DNA from: Giardia intestinalis
Taxonomy: Eukaryota
Length of the DNA stretch: 64,000 nt
Reading direction: 5' to 3' (one strand)
Assembly: GCA_000002435.2 (NCBI GenBank)
Contig: CM018791.1
Numbering within the stretch: position 1 is the first letter of the stretch; each line of letters begins with the position of its first letter. The notes beneath the pieces were generated by a model. That model worked only from the letters and a program-made list of their open reading frames with translations. It had not been told where the DNA came from and did no database searches. The position numbers and the translations under genes were made by a program. Positions 10,313-18,856 of this stretch are shown here, in pieces.

Positions 10313-11218
10313 ATGTCCCTCACTGTATCCGACCTCACCACGGAGCTGAAGAAGATTATAGATAGCAAAAACGAGTCCGCTCTTGTCCAGTTGACTTCGC
10401 AGTATGCGTCGAAGCACCGAGATAAGGTTGTAATTAACTACAAGTCCATCTATGGGATGTACCCTGCCGATGCAATCAAGAAAGCTCTAAAGTCAGGGCC
10501 TGCTGAAACGCTTCTGATGTATGCGTGGACAGATGCACAGGAGGTGCGTGCACGCCTACTCAACCAGGCCCTCAGTGGCAAGAACAACAAGTCTGCACTG
10601 ATAGACGTCGTCCTCTTTTGCGGCCCAGAAGACTGGTACGAGATGGGAGCACACTACACGCGCATATTTCAGAAAGTGGCCAACGACACCCTGCTCAGTG
10701 ATATCGGCAGCTCTGAGCCGTGGTCGCAACTCATCAAGGGGTGGATCAAACACGACAGATACGAGCGCAAGGCTATTAGTGAGGATGCCGCGGCGCTCAT
10801 GGGCTACTTGGAATCTGGCAACCCCGATGGCCTGATCGATCTCCTGTGCAACACCACAGAGGGAGAGTGGAAAAAGATAAATAAGGTGTTCACAGAGAAG
10901 TACGGCGTCGAGGTGGAGACCCTTATTGCGTCCAACTACGTGAAGACAGACATGGAGGCCCTGCTTACCGCCCACTTCTACCTGCTACAGCCCGGCTATG
11001 CCGCTGCCTACCTATGCTCCCTCGCCAACTCTGGCAAAAAGGGCGATAGTGACCGGATGGTTCGCATCACCTCTCTTATGTTCGACAAGGCATTAAAGTG
11101 TAAGTTTGCGTATGAAAAGTACGGCAAGCTCGGCTCAGACTTTAAGCGCCTCTACGACGCCCGTCTCGGGCGAGCTCTTTGTGCACTTTGGCGTGTTGAC
11201 ACCGAAGGCGCAAACTAA
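10313..11218 (+). CDS. Alpha-giardin (annexin-like cytoskeletal protein).
   Basis: 301 aa with four annexin-like repeats. The C-terminal signature [21 protein letters not shown]...LWRV is shared with the alpha-giardin array at 55-59 kb, and the protein has strong overall similarity to the gene at 56227. Confidence 0.8.
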
Positions 11219-11269
11219 AGCGTGCATTTAACAGGTGTGAATTAATAATCGGCTTTTCACTGTCCGTCA

Positions 11270-12307
11270 ATGCCTGTTCTGACCCCCATAGGCGAGCTGG
11301 CAGAGAGTCTCTACAATGCGCTTAACCTCGTAGATTTTCAGGGAGCCGTAGCACTGGGATCAAGGTATCCGGCAGACCAAAGGGACAAGGTCCTTCCGCT
11401 GTTCATCACGAGGTATGGCGAGCTGCCCTCTGATATGATAGATAGGCTTTTTAAGCCACCGCAGAGAACAATCCTTGCTTATCTGTGGTCTCAGAAGCAC
11501 GAGGTGCGGGCGGCAATCCTTCTAAATGCAATCCGCACTTCGGATTATTCTACCATGATAGATCTGATTTTTCTTTCGTCGCACTCTGACTGGGAGTCTA
11601 TCCGCACACACTACACCAAAATGTGCGGTAGACAACTTGATGCCGATATCATCGGCAGCGTCAAGCCGAGTAAAAAGGAGGCTGCCCCAATATGGCCAGC
11701 TCTTGCCGAGGCCTGGCTACGTGGGACGCGTTCTGAGCGATACAATCCAGCAAACGAATCAGTACAGCTGGTGAATGCCATCAAACGGAAGGATTTCTCT
11801 GCCATAATATGGCTGATTGCCAATACGGTGTCCAGCGAGTGGGAAAAGATCGTTGCCATTACAGAGGAGGCCCTTGGGAGTACCCTTGAGGAGTTCTTTC
11901 TATGCAATCTTTCGTACGCAGATTGTGCGGCTTTCAGCATGGGTACAGGCGCTTTGATTAATCCCGGCCTTGGGGCAGCATTCGCCATATCCCGGGCCTG
12001 CTTTACGAATTACGAAGGAAAAGGGAAAGACACCCCCAAGGTGGAAAGGTCGGCCTCCAGACAGATGAAGGGATCAAAAAAGTTGAAAACTGGTACAATA
12101 AAGTTCGAGGAGACCCGCTCTTCCAAGAAGGGTGCAGAGTACAAGGGAGATGTGTCCCGACTAATCCGTGTATCGTCTCTCTTCTTCGACTCTTGTAATA
12201 AATGTAAGTTCTTCTATCGCAAGTACGGATCACTAGCAGCAGATCTGCGCTCTGGATTCGCGCCACCTTTATGCGAGGCCTTCATGCGGCTCTGGGATGT
12301 GGATTAG
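11270..12307 (+). CDS. Alpha-giardin-like annexin homologue with an internal lysine-rich insertion.
   Basis: The C-terminus (IRVSSLFFDSCNKCKFFYRKYGSLAADL...LWDVD) matches the alpha-giardin signature. A roughly 50-aa K/G-rich insertion (NYEGKGKDTPKVERSASRQMKGSKKLKTGTIKFEETRSSKKGAEYKG) lies before the last repeat. It sits in tandem with the gene at 10313. Confidence 0.65.
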   Translation: MPVLTPIGELAESLYNALNLVDFQGAVALGSRYPADQRDKVLPLFITRYGELPSDMIDRLFKPPQRTILAYLWSQKHEVRAAILLNAIRTSDYSTMIDLIFLSSHSDWESIRTHYTKMCGRQLDADIIGSVKPSKKEAAPIWPALAEAWLRGTRSERYNPANESVQLVNAIKRKDFSAIIWLIANTVSSEWEKIVAITEEALGSTLEEFFLCNLSYADCAAFSMGTGALINPGLGAAFAISRACFTNYEGKGKDTPKVERSASRQMKGSKKLKTGTIKFEETRSSKKGAEYKGDVSRLIRVSSLFFDSCNKCKFFYRKYGSLAADLRSGFAPPLCEAFMRLWDVD

Positions 12308-12353
12308 TGCTTCGCTGTTAAACAGGGTAAACTGACGGACTTTAAAATTTTGG

Positions 12354-15300
12354 ATGCCCGCTCCGGTCTACTCTCACCAGCTAGACCGTGCACAGCCAGC
12401 GCAAAATGGAACACACTATCATCCATATGCAAAAGATGATAACATTCGCATTGAAGATCTCCAACAGCCGTCTGTTCAACTTCAGGGCAGAGATAACTAT
12501 GCAAATTTGCAGTCCATGAATGATGATCTAATGGCTTGCATATCAAACTCAGAATACACTCTAAGCAGTATTAGGCGTGACATGCAGAATCAAGCAAGGG
12601 CTTTGGGTACTAAGGCCAGCGTAAATCCAGAACTCAACGGTACTTCAAGTCCACAACAGCTAGGCCTTTCTAGGGGAGCGTCTCGCGGCGTCTCAGCAAC
12701 AACACCATCTAGACGCTACCATGACCAGGCCGACCCTCGTCCCATAGTTAGAGAGCGGCCCATGTCAGCTGACTCTGTGCGGTCTAACCTGGGCATCGCA
12801 ACCACAGAGAGCAGTGATCTCGAGGATCTGTTCATGCTTACCCCTCGATCATATGGTGTACTGGCCTCACAGCAGCCGGATTTTGCGTCATCACAGCACA
12901 TTCAGCAACGCGGGCATCGAGTTGCCAACAACAAGGATCTGTCACAGTACTATGAGGAGATAGACGCCGTAACAGCATTCAACGAGGGAATCATGCGTGA
13001 GAAGGCAGTTACAATAGATGCGTTAGAAAGGAACCTCAAGACTCTGAAGGTGGAACTAAACATAAAGGACAGGGAGATGGCTGCTGCAAGAGAACGGATA
13101 GCAGAGCTTGTTAAGGAGGTTACAGAGCGTGACAGCGAGATAAAAGGCCTCAAACATAAATTAGAAAATGTTAAACACAACGCAGAGCGGTTTATTCTGG
13201 CACGCGATGAGGAGATCGCACGTTTGGCTGAGGAGCTGGAGCAGATGGATGAGCACTATCAGCAGAAGATGAAATTGAAAGACTCTAAGCTCCACGCACA
13301 GCACGAAGAGCTAGTTCTTTTAACTGCTAAGGATGATGAAATAGCAGGACTTAGAAGCAAGCTATCGGTCCTTACAGAGCAGCTAGAGCACACAGAAAAC
13401 ACGTTTAAGGCAATAGTCAAGAGCAAAGATGAGCAGATAGAGACGCTGAAGGCCGATGTTCATGCTAAGCGTGACTATAGCCTTGAGCTCCAGCGCATCC
13501 ACGAAAGTCTATCTCAAGTTCGCAAGGACTGTGAGGAGCAGTTGCATCAGAAAGATGCCGAACTTTCCAAGCAGCGGGAGCAAGTGGAGACTGCTGAGAA
13601 GGAAAGGAGTTTGCTAGAAAATGAAGTTACTTCACTAAAGGCCATTGTAGAAAAGCAGGAGGATCTGGTTATCAAGCTCAAGGGGCAATTGGAGCGCAGT
13701 AATCCAGACGTTGAGCGACTGCAGCAGGAGCTCGATACTCTTCGAATAGAGTCACAGAAGGCTATTTCGGCCAAGGTCATAGAAGCTGAAGAGTTGAAGA
13801 GCAAGATTCACACATTAACGACTGAAATGCTCATGCTACCGACGCAGGAAGATATCCTTGAGGCACGAAACGAGGTTTCCAAGGTCACTGCATCTATGGC
13901 TGCCATGATTAAGACAAAAGATGCAGAGATCCTCAGTCTGAGGAGAAAGCTTGAAGACTATGTTGAACTATCGGAAGTTCAGCGACTGAAGGGAGAGCTT
14001 ACTCTTTCTAAGGCAGCGCTGGCAGATACCATTGTACAGAAGACGGCAGAAATCAGAGACTTGAAAGAGGAGATGGCAATTCTTCAAATCGATGAACATG
14101 CATCTGGAGCTCCTTCTGATGGTGGCAGCTTTGATGACAAGTTAAAGGACTTGGAGTCTAGTCAGAATGCGCTCGAAGTATCACTAGGCACGCAAGTTGA
14201 ACTAGGAGCGCTAAAGCGAATTTATAAGGAGGCGATGCTCGCCAGGGACCACCAGATTAAAACTCTTTCCCAGAGGATCAATGACGCAGACGCAGAGCTT
14301 GCCACTTATCGTGAGCGCATTGCTCATCTTGAAAGCACCTCGAAGGAAGCGCCCCATATGCAAGAACGTCCTGCTACAGATTCTGCTTCACCAGCCATCC
14401 ACGACCTGAGAAGCGAACTACAAAGCGTTAAGGACGCCATGGCTGCTGCAATGGTCCGTAATATGCGAGAAGTGGCTACCCTAGAACACCAAATAAACCA
14501 ACTGAAAGGTGAGAATGAGTCACTAAGGATAAAGAGGGACGATACCGTGGAGACTGTATCAATAGGCATCTGTTGTGAGCCTGAGGAGCAGAACGGTCGC
14601 GTGTCCTTTGAAGCGAGATATGCAAAATGTAGTCAGGAAAATGAGCGCCTCTCCAATGAGCTTCAGCTTATTGCACAGGAGCTGGCTAAGACACGGACGG
14701 CGTATTCAGACGTCATGAAGCAACTCAGCGGTCTGAACACAGAGCTGCTAATCACAAGAAACCAGGCTAGCGACGCGCTCAACACTCAGGCCCTTCTGGA
14801 GTCTACTCTGCAGGAGTATGAAAGGGAGGTAAGGACGCTGCGCGGTAGTCTTGAGAGCTCACTCCAGCAAAACAGAGAAGCCGATAGTGTCAACACTAAG
14901 TTGCAGGAGAGCCTCTCAGAGTCCCAGCTCTACGATCTTCAGCAAAAACTAGAGAAGTCACAGGCAGATTTAGAGCGACTGCGGGACGACTATAGCACCA
15001 TGCAAGCAACTAAGGATATGGTCATTCACAAGATCTCATCAGAGGTTATCCATCAACGCGAAATGGTTGACTTAGCCGGAGAAGACATGAACAGAAGGCT
15101 AAAGGAGGCCGAGGAAACAGTAGAAAGGCTCAATAACGAGCTTCTGACACAAAAAGAGGAGTTTGTGACGGTCGTGACAGATCTAGAACAGCAAGTGGAG
15201 AAGCTAAGCGCAGAATTACAAGGATCTCGTGAGTCTAATGAAGCCCTGATTGCACGGATGATGCGTGACATTACAGGCCTAGAAAAGGAGCGTAGCGATT

Positions 15301-17567
15301 TGGAGTCACAGCTGGAGACGGCGAAAGCCACATCCACGACTATTATAAAGGGCCTAGAAGATCAGGTGGCACAGTATGAGCAGAGGATTACAGACTCTCA
15401 ACAGGCTACCATGACCTCACAGAGCTCTGATAGACAACTTATCGAGGCCCTCACTGCTGAGCTATTCACAAACAAAGAGAAGGCCAATAAGACCATAAGT
15501 GATCTTACGGACAAGCTGAATGAGTTGCAAGAGAGGCTGAACGAGGAGAAAGAGGCAAGTGTGATCACTGTAACGCGCCTAACCAGCCAAAATAGCAATC
15601 TCATGTCTGCGACATCTAATCTTACCAAAGAATTGGAAATAACAAAAGAGTCTCTCCGCACAGTTACAGAAGAGTTGACCGGACAGATGTCAAAGATACA
15701 GCTTGATGCCAAGGAGCGAGAGCAGCTGCTTCAAAGCAAGCTTGACGAGGTTACAGCTGAAGCCGAAGCAGCTGCTATGCGCCTTCACGAGCAAGTGACT
15801 CAAAAGGACAGCGAGATAAGACAGCTTACCGATGCGCTAGCTGAGTCTGCTCTACATTTGGAGAAATTAGACACAGAGAGCAAGCAAACGATATCACAAC
15901 TAGTCAGCGAGCTGGCGGAGGCACGGGAAACCATCCAGTTCATTGAGCAAAAAAACCAGCGGGATATGTCCGAAATCAGAAACAGCATTGCTACCTTCAA
16001 GGAGACAACTATAGAGTCTCAAAGGCAACACGCTTTAGATCTAGAGCATAAGGACGCAACGATCGCGCAGTTATCCAATGAACTAGAAAGCATCAAGCAA
16101 GCCATGGAATCTGCTAATTCAGCGCATCAAGCAGTGCTTGAAAAGGTAATGAAAGAGTCTGGCGAGTTAGCTCTTCAAAACAGCAAGTTGAAGACTGAAA
16201 TCCGAGAGCTACATGAACAGTTTGCCAAGACTAATGAAGAGGCTCAGCTGGCCTTTCGTGATCAAATGGAAGGAGCTGATGTGAGAATAGGAGAGCTTCG
16301 GGCACAGGTGGAAGCACTTCAAAAGGATCTGGAGAAGATGACGGTTTCGCGAGACGTCCTCTTAGATAAGCTTTCAGCAACGCATACGAAGAACGAGACG
16401 GATTCGGTAAAGCAAGGAGTTCCTGACTACGATGCCCTATTGAGCATGAGCCAAAGTATTCTCAGCAAAGACGAAGAGATCACGACCCTACGCTCACAAG
16501 TAGAGCTCATGAATAGTAAGCTTATAGCCGAAGAGGAAAATAACAAAAGGGTTGTTGACCACCTGCAAGGAGCAATAGAAGTCATGAACACTCAATACGA
16601 GGAGCTCAGAAGCATGAAGGACTCTGTTATAGAACGGTTGACCCGCCAGGTGAGGAGCACCAGCTCACGAATGCCATCCAGACCAGATTCTGCTGCATCC
16701 TCGAGGCGGGGGTCCTCTGTTGTCAACGAAGCAGATCACAATAAGAAAATTCACGCTTTAACAAAGGAATTGAAGGAGGCCAAGGAGATCTTTATGTACA
16801 CTGTTAGTATGAAAAATGATGAGATAGAACGCCTGAAGGAACAGCTAAAAGAAAAGGAGGAATTCATAATGAGCTTGTCTGTGGGCAGTGTGCTTGCAGA
16901 AAGCTCAAGAAGGCCAACCGAGGAGCTTCTAGAGATCAAGCGTGGGATAAAAGAAAGCGCTTTTCACGCAGAGGATATTTCATGGGAACTTGAGGATTTG
17001 CAGCGGCAAAACTTAGAATTACGCGCCGAGATAGCAGCGCTTACAGAGAAGCAGGCCCTTGTTCCCGAAGCGTCAACACCACGAGGAATCACCGATATAA
17101 CTGGGTCCGCTCAGTCTGCTATGTGTAGCGCCTCCATGGTTGACTCGCTTGCAGCGCTTCACGCGGACCTGAAAGCAAAGGATGAAACAATCCTCAGTCT
17201 ACAAGGTAAGCTCGCGATGGCGCAAGAGGAGCGAGAGGCGAAGCTTACCCAATTGTCGAGAGAACTGGAGCAAACAAAAAGAGCTTTGAGGGACAAGGTT
17301 GATGAGATTGTTAACCTATTAGCTATCATAGACCGTGTGAAAACAGAGTATGAGAATTACCGGGCAAGTACCGCCGTTGAGCTTTCCGGGCTCCGAACTG
17401 CGTTAGAAAAGTATCGAGGAAGTAAAGAAATAGATGCTTCTGATGTACGGATAGCTGAGCTGGAGGCAGCACTGGAAGCAGCTAAAGAGCAACTTAGCGA
17501 GGTTCTAAAGACTAAAAATGAAGAAATCGAACAACTAAGCATTCGGCTCGCAGCTAGAAGTATTTAG
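12354..17567 (+). CDS. Giant coiled-coil protein (1737 aa), likely cytoskeletal.
   Basis: An uninterrupted 5.2 kb ORF with heptad-like E/K/L/Q-rich sequence throughout, after a 200-aa N-terminal Ser-rich head. ATG 12354 has A/T-rich upstream sequence (ctttaaaattttgg). Confidence 0.75.
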   Translation: MPAPVYSHQLDRAQPAQNGTHYHPYAKDDNIRIEDLQQPSVQLQGRDNYANLQSMNDDLMACISNSEYTLSSIRRDMQNQARALGTKASVNPELNGTSSPQQLGLSRGASRGVSATTPSRRYHDQADPRPIVRERPMSADSVRSNLGIATTESSDLEDLFMLTPRSYGVLASQQPDFASSQHIQQRGHRVANNKDLSQYYEEIDAVTAFNEGIMREKAVTIDALERNLKTLKVELNIKDREMAAARERIAELVKEVTERDSEIKGLKHKLENVKHNAERFILARDEEIARLAEELEQMDEHYQQKMKLKDSKLHAQHEELVLLTAKDDEIAGLRSKLSVLTEQLEHTENTFKAIVKSKDEQIETLKADVHAKRDYSLELQRIHESLSQVRKDCEEQLHQKDAELSKQREQVETAEKERSLLENEVTSLKAIVEKQEDLVIKLKGQLERSNPDVERLQQELDTLRIESQKAISAKVIEAEELKSKIHTLTTEMLMLPTQEDILEARNEVSKVTASMAAMIKTKDAEILSLRRKLEDYVELSEVQRLKGELTLSKAALADTIVQKTAEIRDLKEEMAILQIDEHASGAPSDGGSFDDKLKDLESSQNALEVSLGTQVELGALKRIYKEAMLARDHQIKTLSQRINDADAELATYRERIAHLESTSKEAPHMQERPATDSASPAIHDLRSELQSVKDAMAAAMVRNMREVATLEHQINQLKGENESLRIKRDDTVETVSIGICCEPEEQNGRVSFEARYAKCSQENERLSNELQLIAQELAKTRTAYSDVMKQLSGLNTELLITRNQASDALNTQALLESTLQEYEREVRTLRGSLESSLQQNREADSVNTKLQESLSESQLYDLQQKLEKSQADLERLRDDYSTMQATKDMVIHKISSEVIHQREMVDLAGEDMNRRLKEAEETVERLNNELLTQKEEFVTVVTDLEQQVEKLSAELQGSRESNEALIARMMRDITGLEKERSDLESQLETAKATSTTIIKGLEDQVAQYEQRITDSQQATMTSQSSDRQLIEALTAELFTNKEKANKTISDLTDKLNELQERLNEEKEASVITVTRLTSQNSNLMSATSNLTKELEITKESLRTVTEELTGQMSKIQLDAKEREQLLQSKLDEVTAEAEAAAMRLHEQVTQKDSEIRQLTDALAESALHLEKLDTESKQTISQLVSELAEARETIQFIEQKNQRDMSEIRNSIATFKETTIESQRQHALDLEHKDATIAQLSNELESIKQAMESANSAHQAVLEKVMKESGELALQNSKLKTEIRELHEQFAKTNEEAQLAFRDQMEGADVRIGELRAQVEALQKDLEKMTVSRDVLLDKLSATHTKNETDSVKQGVPDYDALLSMSQSILSKDEEITTLRSQVELMNSKLIAEEENNKRVVDHLQGAIEVMNTQYEELRSMKDSVIERLTRQVRSTSSRMPSRPDSAASSRRGSSVVNEADHNKKIHALTKELKEAKEIFMYTVSMKNDEIERLKEQLKEKEEFIMSLSVGSVLAESSRRPTEELLEIKRGIKESAFHAEDISWELEDLQRQNLELRAEIAALTEKQALVPEASTPRGITDITGSAQSAMCSASMVDSLAALHADLKAKDETILSLQGKLAMAQEEREAKLTQLSRELEQTKRALRDKVDEIVNLLAIIDRVKTEYENYRASTAVELSGLRTALEKYRGSKEIDASDVRIAELEAALEAAKEQLSEVLKTKNEEIEQLSIRLAARSI

Positions 17568-17572
17568 ACCAC

Positions 17573-18535
17573 TTAAGATATTCCTTCAACCTTATGAGAG
17601 ATGAATCCAGACTTGCAGCATGGACAGACTGCACGATCGGTAACTGATTCATAGACATCTAAGCAGTTACTATGGAATAAGGCACTACAACAAGAAACAG
17701 TTGAGACTGTGCAAGAGTCTTTCTCGGAGTCTGATGCTAGACTGATGAACGGTCCCTTGTATTCAAAGCTTTCAAAGCAGATGGGACATGCCATACTTTG
17801 ACGTTGACGTGTCTTCTCAATAACAGAGATCCAGTTGACTGCACGTGTGGCCATGAATGCTTCGAAGAGATCGTTAGTCTCATCTATTTCCTTTTGCAAG
17901 CGCCCTAACTCGCTGTCTAGCTTAACTCTTTGAGTAAGCAAGTAAGAATTCATATTATCTGCAGCGTGCTCTAGCTCTGCAACCAGAGCCCCTGTACTGC
18001 GCTTGCGAAGGGCTCTGTAACAGCGGCGTCCAAAATATCCCCGTATTGCTGCCTGGATGTCTCTGGCTGCTGAGATGCACATGTATGATTTCAAAAAGGA
18101 AGATTCGCGCATATTAGCAGGTGTCATACAAACTGGGCAACACCACCGAGCCTTCGACTGGGTCATCCAATTTACGAAGCACTCCTTATGAACTGCATGG
18201 CTGCAAGAAGAACATAGCATTTCAGAAGAGCCGAAGCGCTGAAGACATATAGGACAATGCCGTTCTTCCCGGACGATCCACTTTAATTCAGCTCTCCTCC
18301 ACTCTTCATCGGTCAATGGGGGAGGAAGAGTAGACGGCACAAGCTTCATGCGCTCTGCCCGCGTGCTTGGAGCTTGGCTATCGGTTGTAAACCTTGCTTT
18401 TTGGACAACACTGAAGCCTGGCTTCAGACCCATCTTGTGGAGATTATGAGACATCAGCGCTGATGATGCAGTGGCGACAGACCCTGACAAGCTTTTCAGG
18501 AGTTTCTGGGTAGAGAAGGATAAAGTAGGCCGCAT
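17573..18535 (-). CDS. Protein with two RING-type zinc fingers and an IQ motif.
   Basis: Cys/His spacing CPICLQRF...CSHAVHKEC...CPVC and a second CPICFESF...CCSALFHSNC...CPCC, plus an IQ motif IQAAIRGYFGRRCYRALRK. Real ATG at 18535. Convergent with the coiled-coil gene, 5 bp apart. Confidence 0.65.
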   Translation of the reverse strand: MRPTLSFSTQKLLKSLSGSVATASSALMSHNLHKMGLKPGFSVVQKARFTTDSQAPSTRAERMKLVPSTLPPPLTDEEWRRAELKWIVREERHCPICLQRFGSSEMLCSSCSHAVHKECFVNWMTQSKARWCCPVCMTPANMRESSFLKSYMCISAARDIQAAIRGYFGRRCYRALRKRSTGALVAELEHAADNMNSYLLTQRVKLDSELGRLQKEIDETNDLFEAFMATRAVNWISVIEKTRQRQSMACPICFESFEYKGPFISLASDSEKDSCTVSTVSCCSALFHSNCLDVYESVTDRAVCPCCKSGFISHKVEGIS

Positions 18536-18856
18536 GAAATGCCCGATTTGTTAATATTTACTATTACGCAAAATATACAGGAACAAAGATGGTCCCCTTG
18601 AAGAGGCCAGTGAAGAAGATAGTTCCCTCCCTGCCCACAGAGTCTACGTGACGCTACGGGCTCTTATTGCTGAAGTACTTGCTGACTAATTAAACTAAGC
18701 TCTTTGATAGAAAATAGATCATCGCACTACATAGGAGAATTGCATGCACAATAGCCTTACCGGCAGATAGGTAAAAAGCGAATGAAAAATTGTATTGTAC
18801 TATGAGCCAAACTTTATCTTATAAAGATTGAGGAATCCCAGGTAATATATAACGGT

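Noticed and set aside
12716-17542. Many 60-100 aa minus-strand ORFs inside the giant coiled-coil genes (also 33038-37413 and 46572-48646).
   Set aside because: The antisense of GAG/AAG/CTG-rich coiled-coil coding sequence is naturally open and Ser/Leu-rich. These are shadow ORFs.
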